UHGV virus genome: UHGV-0078064
Strand: one strand, 5' to 3'
Length of the DNA stretch: 14,337 nucleotides
DNA from: a virus
Below the pieces are notes generated by a model. That model made no database searches and was not told the DNA's origin. It saw only the letters and a program-made list of their open reading frames with translations. Position 1 is the first letter of the stretch. Every line of letters begins with the position of its first letter. Shown here piece by piece: positions 7,634 through 14,323 of this stretch. A program made the position numbers and the translations under genes.

Positions 7634-8362
7634 TCAGGCCGCCGCATAGAGCAATTTCATCTGCCCTTTCACCGGGAATGCCGACATGCAACGCGCTTCG
7701 AAATCACGATAATCAGAGCACCCATTGGCAATGCTGGTAACGGCAATGATCTGTCGCTCAACCAATGTCAGCGCGTCAGGTTTAAGGTGCTGATGGATTT
7801 TGTCTCCCGCAGCCAGCCGTCTTTTAACCTCTGCATATACTTCTGGTGGTAATACCGGGCCATATACCCACTTGGCACTGATCATCCCAAATAGTGCGGG
7901 GCGACGACCTGGTCGATGACGGGGCAGCCCTGACATTTTGAACATCGCAGAATAAAACGGATCGCTAAACCTCTTTTCCCATGGCTGAGATTTATCCAGA
8001 AGGAAAATAGCCTTTATTCTTTCATCGTCGATATGATGAACGGAACCCTGAATGATTGCGTCAATTTGCTCATCACACCAGATCTCAAAATCTACAGAAA
8101 GCCATCGAGCAAATCTGACCGCCAGTTTTGGGTGAAGCCATGTTCCGCCGCCACGGTCTTTGCGAGCGCGGCTGGTTTTTACATATGTGATATTCCCATA
8201 TCTACTCTTTAACGCCTCGATGTAACGGACAGTCTCAGGAAGCCTAAGCCACTGAGCCGGCTCCTTGTTGAACTTGTCAGCTGCCGCAGTCGCGTCAAAC
8301 CAGCCATCGTCAGAAAAACGCATGGGATGGCCTTCGAAATCAATCGGGATGATATTGGACAT
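7634..8362 (-). CDS. KilA-N domain protein (N-terminal KilA-N/APSES-type DNA-binding domain; C-terminal half unassigned)
   Basis: 243 aa from the ATG at 8360-8362 (MSNIIPIDFEGHPMRFSDDGWFDATAAADKFNKEPAQWLRLPETVRYIEAL...GGGTWLHPKLAVRFARWLSVDFEIW), a pattern typical of KilA-N domains. AAGG SD about 9 nt upstream. The ORF track's 267-aa version begins at a GTG with no SD. Confidence 0.7.
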   Translation of the reverse strand: MSNIIPIDFEGHPMRFSDDGWFDATAAADKFNKEPAQWLRLPETVRYIEALKSRYGNITYVKTSRARKDRGGGTWLHPKLAVRFARWLSVDFEIWCDEQIDAIIQGSVHHIDDERIKAIFLLDKSQPWEKRFSDPFYSAMFKMSGLPRHRPGRRPALFGMISAKWVYGPVLPPEVYAEVKRRLAAGDKIHQHLKPDALTLVERQIIAVTSIANGCSDYRDFEARCMSAFPVKGQMKLLYAAA

Positions 8363-8512
8363 CGTATTTACCTTTTTGGTGATATGAGCCAGTTCTCGCA
8401 GACATGGACAGCCCAAGAGCGGCACGATGTAAGCCACCGTCCTGTCTCTGTCTCATATCCCGAAAAGCTCTTGGTTGATATGCGCACGAGAATGCGCGTT
8501 TACTGCGGACAT

Positions 8513-8535
8513 AAAAAAGCCCCGCATCGCGAGGC
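8513..8535 (-). terminator. Candidate rho-independent terminator downstream of Rz
   Basis: Minus-strand RNA: GCCUCGC-GAU-GCGGGGC (7-bp stem with one G.U pair) followed by UUUUUU. Lies about 35 nt past the Rz stop. Confidence 0.6.
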
Positions 8536-8568
8536 TCATTAAATGGACTTTGTGATTTGCAAAAAAAA

Positions 8569-9006
8569 TTATTTCAGGCACTGAGTCCTGATGTACTCCT
8601 GCAGGTAGTTAACCTGCGCGGTTATCCTGTCGATTCCACTTCGGAGACGGTAATAATTGAGTTCAGCATCTGCTGTAAGTCTTGGGCTTTCTCCATCGCC
8701 CATGCCGCTGGCTCCGGTCGTTGACTTTGCACAGGTGGCGGCGACTTGCAGGCGCTTACGCCCAGCAGAAACATCAGCACGGAGACTTTCGATAGTCGCG
8801 TTAGCATCAGCAAGCTCCTTTGTATATCTGGCATCGAGTTCTGCTACATCACGTTGACGCTTCTGCATGTCAGCAATAGTGGATGCGGCTTTGTCGCGCT
8901 GTTCTTTGTAGGCGATTGCATTATCACGGTAATGATTAACAGCCCATGACAGGCAGACGATGATGCAGATAACCAGAGCGGAGATAATCGCGGTGACTCT
9001 GCTCAT
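8569..9006 (-). CDS. Rz: Spanin, inner-membrane subunit (i-spanin) Rz
   Basis: 145 aa; the N-terminus [31 protein letters not shown] matches lambda Rz as recalled. Start overlaps the R stop (ATGA). Confidence 0.92.
   Translation of the reverse strand: MSRVTAIISALVICIIVCLSWAVNHYRDNAIAYKEQRDKAASTIADMQKRQRDVAELDARYTKELADANATIESLRADVSAGRKRLQVAATCAKSTTGASGMGDGESPRLTADAELNYYRLRSGIDRITAQVNYLQEYIRTQCLK
8622..8807 (-). CDS. Rz1: Spanin, outer-membrane lipoprotein subunit (o-spanin) Rz1, embedded in the +1 frame of Rz
   Basis: 61 aa from the ATG at 8805-8807: [20 protein letters not shown] (signal peptide with VSAC lipobox) followed by a proline-rich segment [13 protein letters not shown]. Entirely embedded in Rz, the lambda architecture. 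Confidence 0.8.
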   Translation of the reverse strand: MLTRLSKVSVLMFLLGVSACKSPPPVQSQRPEPAAWAMEKAQDLQQMLNSIITVSEVESTG

Positions 9007-9479
9007 ACCTCAATCTCTCTGACCGTTCCGCCTGCCTCTTTGAATTTTGCAATCAGGCTGTCAGCCTTATGCTCGAACTGACCATAACCAGCGCCCGGCA
9101 GTGAGGCCCAGATATTGCTGCAACGGTCGATTGCCTGACGAATATCACCGCGGTCAATCATCGGTAAAGCGCCACGCTCTTTAATCTGTTGCAATGCCAC
9201 AGCGTCCTGGCTTTTCGGAGAGAAGTCTTTCAGGCCAAGCTGCTTACGGTAGGCATCCCACCAACGGGAAAGAAGCTGGTAACGTCCGGCGGCTGTTGAT
9301 TTGAGTTTGGGGTTTAGCGTGACAAGTTTGCGAGGGTGATCGGAGTAATCAGTGAATAGCTCTCCGCCTACAATGACGTCATAACCATGATTTCTGGTTT
9401 TCTGACGTCCGTTATCAGTTCCCTCTGACCATGCCAGCATATCGAGGAACGCCTTACGTTGATTATTGATTCCCACCAT
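9003..9479 (-). CDS. R: Endolysin R (lytic transglycosylase)
   Basis: 158 aa, essentially identical to lambda R as recalled ([53 protein letters not shown]...). Overlaps S by 17 nt as in lambda. Confidence 0.95.
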   Translation of the reverse strand: MVGINNQRKAFLDMLAWSEGTDNGRQKTRNHGYDVIVGGELFTDYSDHPRKLVTLNPKLKSTAAGRYQLLSRWWDAYRKQLGLKDFSPKSQDAVALQQIKERGALPMIDRGDIRQAIDRCSNIWASLPGAGYGQFEHKADSLIAKFKEAGGTVREIEV

Positions 9480-9786
9480 CTTCTACTCCGGCTTTTTTAG
9501 CAGCGAAGCGTTTGATAAGCGAACCAATCGAGTCAGTACCGATGTAGCCGATGAACACGCTCGTTATATAAGCGAGATTGCTACTTAGTCCGGCGAAGCC
9601 GAGAAGGTCACGAATGAACCAGGCGATAATGGCGCACATCGTTGCGTCGATTACTGTTTTTGTAAACGCACCGCCATTATATCTGCCGCGAAGGTACGCC
9701 ATTGCAAACGCAAGGATTGCCCCGATGCCTTGTTCCTTTGCCGCGAGAATGGCGGCTAACAGGTCATGTTTTTCTGGCATCTTCAT
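9463..9786 (-). CDS. S: Holin S (class I, with the Met1-Lys2-Met3 dual-start holin/antiholin motif)
   Basis: 107 aa, [62 protein letters not shown]..., near-identical to lambda S107/S105 as recalled. Confidence 0.95.
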   Translation of the reverse strand: MKMPEKHDLLAAILAAKEQGIGAILAFAMAYLRGRYNGGAFTKTVIDATMCAIIAWFIRDLLGFAGLSSNLAYITSVFIGYIGTDSIGSLIKRFAAKKAGVEDGGNQ

Positions 9787-9904
9787 GTCTTACCCCCAAT
9801 AAGGGGATTTGCTCTATTTAATTAGGAATAAGGTCGATTACTGATAGAACAAATCCAGGCTACTGTGTTTAGTAATCAGATTTGTTCGTGACCGATATGC
9901 ACGG

Positions 9905-9942
9905 GCAAAACGGCAGGAGGTTGTTAGCGCAACCTCATGCCA
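9905..9942 (-). terminator. Stem-loop in the Q-S interval, possibly a second intrinsic terminator or structured leader element
   Basis: Minus-strand RNA: GGCAUGAGGUUG-CGCUAA-CAACCUCCUGCC (12-bp stem, one mismatch) followed by GUUUUGCC. About 120 nt upstream of the S start. From memory the same element occurs upstream of lambda S. Confidence 0.45.
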
Positions 9943-10077
9943 CCCGCTTTCACGAAGCCAGCCATTGCGCTGGTTTTCTTTTATGCAAAGCACACCGCAC
10001 CGTAGCCACAGCGGATAAGGTGATTATTTTTGTCTGTCTGGTATTTGGTTTGATGTGCTTTCAGAAAGGTCGTGATT

Positions 10078-10112
10078 AAAACGCAAAAGCCCCGAGCTAT
10101 TAACTCAGGGCT
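10078..10112 (-). terminator. Promoter-proximal hairpin plus U-tract about 30-60 nt downstream of the pR' start; candidate tR' analogue ending a short 6S-like leader RNA
   Basis: Minus-strand RNA: AGCCCUGAG-UUAAUAG-CUCGGGGCU (9-bp stem with one G.U) followed by UUUGCGUUUU. The + strand version is also followed by a U-rich tail (UUUAUUU), so it may act bidirectionally. Confidence 0.5.
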
Positions 10113-10140
10113 TTATTTAACGAGTGCATTTATCCATCGT

Positions 10141-10176
10141 TGGGTCAAATTTACCCAACTTTATTCAAAAAGTCAA
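10141..10176 (-). promoter_or_regulatory. pR': Late promoter pR' with the overlapping Q-binding/qut region
   Basis: Reverse complement reads TTGACT-(17 nt)-TAAATT followed by TGACCCAACGATGG, matching the lambda pR' -35, -10 and initial transcribed sequence as recalled. Sits immediately downstream of the Q stop. Confidence 0.8.
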
Positions 10177-10218
10177 TATCATGCCGTAAAGATGTTGCCA
10201 TCCGTGGCAATCATGCTG

Positions 10219-10842
10219 CTAACGTGTGACTGCGTTCAAAATGTTGCCTGCGATTGACTCTTCCTTGTGGCATTGCACCACCAGAGCGTCATACAGCGGC
10301 TTAACAGTGCGTGACCAGGTGGGTTGGGTAAGGTTTGGGATTAGCATCGTCACAGCGCGATATGCTGCGCTTGCAGGCATCCTTGAATAACCGACGCCTT
10401 TACATCTTCCGCACTCTTTCTCAACAACTCTCCCCCACTGCTCTGTTTTTGCTATATCAACTGCCCGACCTGTTCCGTGGCAATCTCTGCATCTTGCGCC
10501 CGGCGTCGCAGCACTACGGCAATAATCCGCATAAGCGAATGTTGCGAGCACTTGCAGTACCTTTGCCTTAGTATTTCCTTCGAGCTTTGCCACACCACGG
10601 TATTTCCCCGATACCTTGTGTGCAAATTGCATCAGATAGTTGATAGCCTTTTGTTTGTCGTTCTGGCTGAGTTCATGCTTACCGCAGAATGCAGCCATTC
10701 CGAATCCGGCTTGTGATTGCGCCATCCCCATAGCAGCCATAACATCAGTACCGGAAAGAGAGTCAGAAGCCGTAGCCCGTGGTGAGTCGCTCATCATCGG
10801 GCTTTTTGGCGAATGAAATTTAGCTACGCTTTCGAGTCTCAT
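10219..10842 (-). CDS. Q: Late-gene antiterminator Q
   Basis: 207 aa, essentially identical to lambda Q as recalled (MRLESVAKFHSPKSPMMSDSPRATASDSL...CRDCHGTGRAVD...ECGRCKGVGY...). Start overlaps the ninH stop. Confidence 0.95.
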   Translation of the reverse strand: MRLESVAKFHSPKSPMMSDSPRATASDSLSGTDVMAAMGMAQSQAGFGMAAFCGKHELSQNDKQKAINYLMQFAHKVSGKYRGVAKLEGNTKAKVLQVLATFAYADYCRSAATPGARCRDCHGTGRAVDIAKTEQWGRVVEKECGRCKGVGYSRMPASAAYRAVTMLIPNLTQPTWSRTVKPLYDALVVQCHKEESIAGNILNAVTR

Positions 10843-11027
10843 CGTCTTCCCCTCTTGCCCTGTTTGACCATCAGGACGCCGTTAACTATTACATGACGCT
10901 CGCCTTTGCTGTCTCGGTTGTACTTGAGCACTGTTCCTCTTGCGCAGGAAAGCATCCTCGCCACTTCGGTCTGATTGCCTCGTGTCTGGATAAGAAGCTC
11001 TGGTATCGTTTGAATTGTGGCGTTCAT
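10839..11027 (-). CDS. ninH: NinH-like small protein
   Basis: 62 aa (MNATIQTIPELLIQTRGNQTEVARMLSCARGTVLKYNRDSKGERHVIVNGVLMV...) resembling lambda NinH as recalled (...TIPDMLVEAYGNQTEVARRLKCSRGTVRKY...). Immediately upstream of Q. Confidence 0.75.
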   Translation of the reverse strand: MNATIQTIPELLIQTRGNQTEVARMLSCARGTVLKYNRDSKGERHVIVNGVLMVKQGKRGRR

Positions 11028-11386
11028 ACGCTCTCCAGTTCGGTGATTTTTATTCCAAGCCTTCCGCCTGGTACTTTCACGCCACGAATTACGCGAATGT
11101 CATCGAATTGCTCGTCGTCTTCCGCAAATCCGGCGTGGATAAGAGAGTCGAGTAAACCTTTCAGGATGTTATCGAGGTCGCGGCGGCGGGAGTCTGGAAC
11201 GTCTGCGATGACTTTGATGCGGAGTCGTGATTTGGTGAAAATGTCTAACTTGAGTTGGCGGATTATTTGCTGTACATCTTTTCGGTATTTCTGGCCTTTA
11301 TCGCTGATGTAGTATTGGCTTCCCCTTCTTCGCCAGTAGGTATTCAGTGACGGTGGGTACGGAAGCACAAACTGATATTCGTTCAT
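11024..11386 (-). CDS. rusA: Holliday junction resolvase RusA
   Basis: 120 aa with family-typical motifs (LPxPPSxNxYxR, PDxRRRDLDN, GGRL). Occupies the slot held by NinG/Rap in lambda. Confidence 0.85.
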   Translation of the reverse strand: MNEYQFVLPYPPSLNTYWRRRGSQYYISDKGQKYRKDVQQIIRQLKLDIFTKSRLRIKVIADVPDSRRRDLDNILKGLLDSLIHAGFAEDDEQFDDIRVIRGVKVPGGRLGIKITELESV

Positions 11387-11673
11387 GACTTAATCTTCCC
11401 CTCCCTCAGCAGTATCGCCTGCGTTCTGATCACGCCTTCGAGGTGGTAAAGTCTGGCGTCTTTGTTGTCGAGATTATGGGTGCGTCGGTCGATTTCATCG
11501 TGACACGCACTACAAGCCCATGCGCCGATCAGGTCGTCAGGCTTCATTCCCGTTCCGCAAATTCCAGCCATCCGGTAATGTGCCAGAACTGTAGTTTCAG
11601 GGTTGCCATTGCATACGCCGTAAATACGTACCTGGCATTCTCTGCCGCGTGCTTCTTTGCGTAGGTTAGCCAT
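11383..11673 (-). CDS. ybcO: YbcO-family (DUF1364) cysteine-rich protein, putative nuclease
   Basis: 96 aa with conserved Cys/His pattern (C..C, H, CSACH). Lies immediately upstream of rusA, the same order as ybcO-rusA in the DLP12 prophage (from memory). Confidence 0.65.
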   Translation of the reverse strand: MANLRKEARGRECQVRIYGVCNGNPETTVLAHYRMAGICGTGMKPDDLIGAWACSACHDEIDRRTHNLDNKDARLYHLEGVIRTQAILLREGKIKS

Positions 11674-12395
11674 TAAGCAGCCTCCCCGGTTACTTTCAGC
11701 ATTCCGTTATCGAGCAGCTTTCTGGTCAGCCACTGTTGACCACGCCCGGTGATTTTTGTGGTGAACGATATCTGTATTCCGTGATTTGTGTTGACCGCTG
11801 TTTCTTTCACTGTGAAATAGCCGCGATCCATATATTCCTGCATTGGCACATTTCGCCGGGAACCTGAAGCAATAAGGATTTTGTGATCGCGCATCCACGC
11901 AAACAGTTTGTTTGGACCAATTCCAACAACCTTTGCAAAGTTTCCAATCAAAATTCCACTGGCCTCGCCAACGCGATCGGCAAACTCAACTTTAGGTGCG
12001 GCAATTGCGAGCTGGTTTTCCAGCTGCATTTTCTGCTCAGCAAGGTCAGCAGCAAGGCGCAACGCTTCCGGTAGCGTTTTGGGGATATTAACCGCAGCTT
12101 CTTCAAGCTCTCGCCAGCGGTCAACAAGACGAGCGGTGAACTCTGGCGACAACTGGGCAACAACGACAATACTGTCTCGCTTACCTTGTTCGCCCTCGAA
12201 GACGTAATGCTCGTACTGAACATTGAACCCTAAGTTATTGATTCTTTCGGAAACCTCAATTTGAGGAAGCCGGATAACACCATTTTTAGCCAGCGTTTCG
12301 ATGGTACGTTTCACATTGTCATGACGCTTACCCACCAACTCAGCGATTTCAATGCTTGTCATTTTGATGGCATTGCCATTTATTAACTCACTCAT
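11673..12395 (-). CDS. Rha-family N-terminal plus ANT/KilA-C C-terminal domain protein (Roi-like antirepressor-type DNA-binding protein)
   Basis: 240 aa. N-terminus ELINGNAIKMTSIEIAELVGKRHDNVKRTIE resembles the phage Rha regulatory domain; the C-terminal segment ...ADRVGEASGILIGNFAKVVGIGPNKLFAWMRDHKILIASGSRRNVPMQEYMDRGYF resembles the antirepressor (ANT) C-terminal domain. Assignment from memory of domain signatures. Confidence 0.55.
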   Translation of the reverse strand: MSELINGNAIKMTSIEIAELVGKRHDNVKRTIETLAKNGVIRLPQIEVSERINNLGFNVQYEHYVFEGEQGKRDSIVVVAQLSPEFTARLVDRWRELEEAAVNIPKTLPEALRLAADLAEQKMQLENQLAIAAPKVEFADRVGEASGILIGNFAKVVGIGPNKLFAWMRDHKILIASGSRRNVPMQEYMDRGYFTVKETAVNTNHGIQISFTTKITGRGQQWLTRKLLDNGMLKVTGEAA

Positions 12396-12564
12396 CGTCT
12401 TCTTCCTCGTACATTGAGCTATTCGGATCGCTCATCAGTTCTGCACAGCAGTGCTCACACACGTGAACTTCCAGCACATGCAGCTTCTGACCGCAGTTAG
12501 CGCACGTTAAAGCCCGCTCGACGCTTTCTTTCTGGTATTGAAGGGATTGGGATGGGCTAAGCAT
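12388..12564 (-). CDS. ninF: NinF-like small cysteine-rich protein (not in the ORF track because under 60 aa)
   Basis: Hand translation of the reverse complement of 12388-12564 gives 58 aa: MLSPSQSLQYQKESVERALTCANCGQKLHVLEVHVCEHCCAELMSDPNSSMYEEEDDE. CxxC...CxxCC suggests a zinc ribbon. Its stop overlaps the downstream start (GTGA/ATG). Resembles lambda NinF as recalled. Confidence 0.7.
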   Translation of the reverse strand: MLSPSQSLQYQKESVERALTCANCGQKLHVLEVHVCEHCCAELMSDPNSSMYEEEDDE

Positions 12565-12940
12565 TATTGGCGTCCTGCATCATGAGAAAGACAATCATGG
12601 CGGCACGGAGTGGATTGTCATATGCGACACCAACATTCGGTCCGGCATCATCAAACAAGTCCCTTGCGTTGTCTGTAGCGCACGGCATTGAGGGATTGTC
12701 TAAAATTATGCTGATGTTGTTTTCAGTGATAATCGGCCATGCGTCTGCTGGGTTTGCGCATGGGTTAAAGGATCCGCGCTCAACCTCTACTTCAACTGCG
12801 TCTCCGTTTACAATGTCTCCCTCAAATGAGATAAACACCATCGCGCCATTCTCACCTTCTTTGTAATCCGGTGATCCGTTATGAATGGCTTCGAATACCG
12901 CCACGTTAATTTCAAAATCACTTAACTGTGAATAATCCAT
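12557..12940 (-). CDS. Acidic hypothetical protein, NinX-like by position (between ninE and ninF, as in P22)
   Basis: 127 aa from the ATG at 12938-12940 (MDYSQLSDFEINVAVFEAIHNGSPDYKEGENGAMVFISFEGD...), with GAGGAA SD about 5 nt upstream. The NinX call is by synteny only. Confidence 0.5.
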   Translation of the reverse strand: MDYSQLSDFEINVAVFEAIHNGSPDYKEGENGAMVFISFEGDIVNGDAVEVEVERGSFNPCANPADAWPIITENNISIILDNPSMPCATDNARDLFDDAGPNVGVAYDNPLRAAMIVFLMMQDANNA

Positions 12941-12942
12941 TG

Positions 12943-13119
12943 TCACTTCCTCGCACGATGTCTTAGCCACCGGATATCCCACAGGTGAGCCGTGTAGTTG
13001 AAGGTTTTTACGTCAGATTCTTTTGGGATTGGCTTGCGTTTATTTCTGGAGCGTTTCGTTGGAAGGTATTTGCAGTTTTCGCAGATGATGTCGGTGATAC
13101 TTCGTCGCTGTCGCCTCAT
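12943..13119 (-). CDS. ninE: NinE
   Basis: 58 aa from the ATG at 13117-13119: [58 protein letters not shown], matching lambda NinE as recalled. Start overlaps the ninB stop. Confidence 0.85.
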   Translation of the reverse strand: MRRQRRSITDIICENCKYLPTKRSRNKRKPIPKESDVKTFNYTAHLWDIRWLRHRARK

Positions 13120-13526
13120 TCGTACCTCCTGTCGGTAAATCTGACACCCTGACCAATAGCCCACGCTGTTGTGTACTCAATCAGACTTGCCATACGCTTC
13201 ACACTCATCTGCGCGCTACTTTCGCGAATGTTGACGTATTCGCCTTCAAGCCCGGGCAAAACATCAGCTTCCTGTTTTGTTGCCACTGCATGACCGCTGA
13301 TCAACAAAACCTTCCATTGTTCCGGTTTTAACCATTTGCCGCACCATTGAACCTGACGTGCGATATCCGCCAGCATCGCGTGAAATTTTGCGTTCTGGTC
13401 AAGGTTGCGCTTGTAGTCAGTAATGCGGATGGTAACTGGCTTGTCTTTATCGAGTGGTGTTGCGAGGATGGCATTTATTGCAGCTTGCTGTTGTTGCTTA
13501 CTCCTGAGGAAAATTGTCTGTTTCAT
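13116..13526 (-). CDS. ninB: NinB-family protein (recombination-associated, ssDNA-binding)
   Basis: 136 aa. The motif [33 protein letters not shown] parallels lambda NinB (RSLDQNRKLWACLGDVSRQVEWHGRWLDAESWK) as recalled. GAGGAA SD present. Confidence 0.7.
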   Translation of the reverse strand: MKQTIFLRSKQQQQAAINAILATPLDKDKPVTIRITDYKRNLDQNAKFHAMLADIARQVQWCGKWLKPEQWKVLLISGHAVATKQEADVLPGLEGEYVNIRESSAQMSVKRMASLIEYTTAWAIGQGVRFTDRRYE

Positions 13527-13534
13527 GGAATTCC

Positions 13535-13747
13535 TCAGTATGCGTAAAGGCTGTATCCGTTTTTATTTGGCCTGGTGCCATAGCCATATAGGCTCCAGCC
13601 ATCCTGTTTTCTCTCACCAAAAATATGCTTGCGGTATTCTTCCTGCTGGCGTCTCCATATTTCCATCATGTCTGGCTGGTTCTTTTCTCGCATTTTTCGG
13701 ATCTGCTCAAGGATGAACTCTATTTGCTGCTGATTTGTCATACTCAC
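13535..13747 (-). CDS. Hypothetical small protein (GTG start)
   Basis: 70-aa ORF (MSMTNQQQIEFILEQIRKMREKNQPDMMEIW...). The GTG start overlaps the upstream stop (GTGA); an alternative ATG lies 2 codons in. No family recognised. Confidence 0.45.
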   Translation of the reverse strand: MSMTNQQQIEFILEQIRKMREKNQPDMMEIWRRQQEEYRKHIFGERKQDGWSLYGYGTRPNKNGYSLYAY

Positions 13748-14052
13748 TCCTTCACTTTGATTCCAGCGGCGCGGATAGCCTCTACATCGCTTTCGTATTG
13801 CGATTCTGCACCTGAGTCATAGCCAATGTGATAATCACCGGGAAGTGGGCCTTTCTTTGGCTTTTGCAGCTCAATCTCGATAGCTGCTCGCGATGCCTGC
13901 CATAAAGTCCACCACTCATTTAAGGAGTGACGAATATCAATGCTTGAAAATGCGAAGTACCTATCACCATTTCTTGCCTCGGTTATCATCTCTAATGGTA
14001 ATTTCAATTTTTTGGCAACGTATTCCTCAAACTTCTTTCTTGATTCGTCCAT
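13744..14052 (-). CDS. Hypothetical protein
   Basis: 102-aa ORF (MDESRKKFEEYVAKKLKLPLEMITEARNGDRYFAFSSIDIRHSLNEWW...), ATG start with GAGGGT SD. No family recognised. Confidence 0.55.
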   Translation of the reverse strand: MDESRKKFEEYVAKKLKLPLEMITEARNGDRYFAFSSIDIRHSLNEWWTLWQASRAAIEIELQKPKKGPLPGDYHIGYDSGAESQYESDVEAIRAAGIKVKE

Positions 14053-14069
14053 CGATACTTACCCTCAGT

Positions 14070-14276
14070 TCAACTCACAAAACGCCACGCTATTTTTGCT
14101 ACAGCGACAGGCATAACACCGATAATCACCCACAGGAAAATGCTACCGAAAAGCACACCCACCAGGTCTTTACCTTCGCCTACCAACCGGACAAAACAGC
14201 CAGCAACCACAATGAACGTCGCCACCATCCACAGAGCACCGAGAAGCCTCAATGCAGAGAAAATCAACTCAACCAC
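14070..14276 (-). CDS. Small hydrophobic protein, probably membrane-associated (GTG start)
   Basis: 68 aa (MVELIFSALRLLGALWMVATFIVVAGCFVRLVGEGKDLVGVLFGSIFLWVIIGVMPVAVAKIAWRFVS). Two long hydrophobic stretches suggest two transmembrane helices. GTG start with GGGGGAGAG SD 6 nt upstream. Confidence 0.5.
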   Translation of the reverse strand: MVELIFSALRLLGALWMVATFIVVAGCFVRLVGEGKDLVGVLFGSIFLWVIIGVMPVAVAKIAWRFVS

Positions 14277-14290
14277 GATTTACTCTCCCC

Positions 14291-14323
14291 CAAATAAAAA
14301 GGCCTGCGATTACCAGCAGGCCT
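14291..14323 (-). terminator. Rho-independent terminator (minus strand), tR2-like by position at the entry to the nin region
   Basis: Perfect 8-bp stem AGGCCUGC / GCAGGCCU with an 8-nt loop, followed on the minus-strand RNA by UUUUUAUUUG. Lies immediately upstream of the first nin-region gene. Confidence 0.7.

Noticed and set aside
7634-8437. 267-aa GTG-initiated extension of the KilA-N gene
   Set aside because: The ATG at 8362 is preceded by an SD and begins exactly at the conserved KilA-N N-terminus (MSNIIPIDF...). The upstream 25 codons lack an SD.
8363-8512. Sigma70 promoter for the KilA-N operon in the 150-bp gap after the Rz terminator
   Set aside because: I could not find a -35/-10 pair with acceptable spacing by eye. 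Expression may depend on late read-through or a non-canonical promoter, so I did not annotate one.
9800-9900. Complementary segments (GAACAAATC/GATTTGTTC and GATTACT/AGTAATC) just upstream of S
   Set aside because: This stretch appears, from memory, to be the same as the lambda sequence upstream of S, so it is part of the conserved S leader rather than a novel element.
9787-10218. Possible tRNA genes between Q and S, as carried by some Stx-type lambdoid phages
   Set aside because: The interval is only about 430 bp and is accounted for by pR', two hairpins and the S leader. I could not find any cloverleaf-compatible segment with a plausible acceptor stem. Not verifiable without tRNAscan, but nothing suggests one.
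9882-10257. Two + strand ORFs (65 aa and 61 aa) in the Q-S intergenic region
   Set aside because: They overlap the pR' promoter, the terminator hairpins and the antisense strand of the late leader, and have no SD. Spurious.
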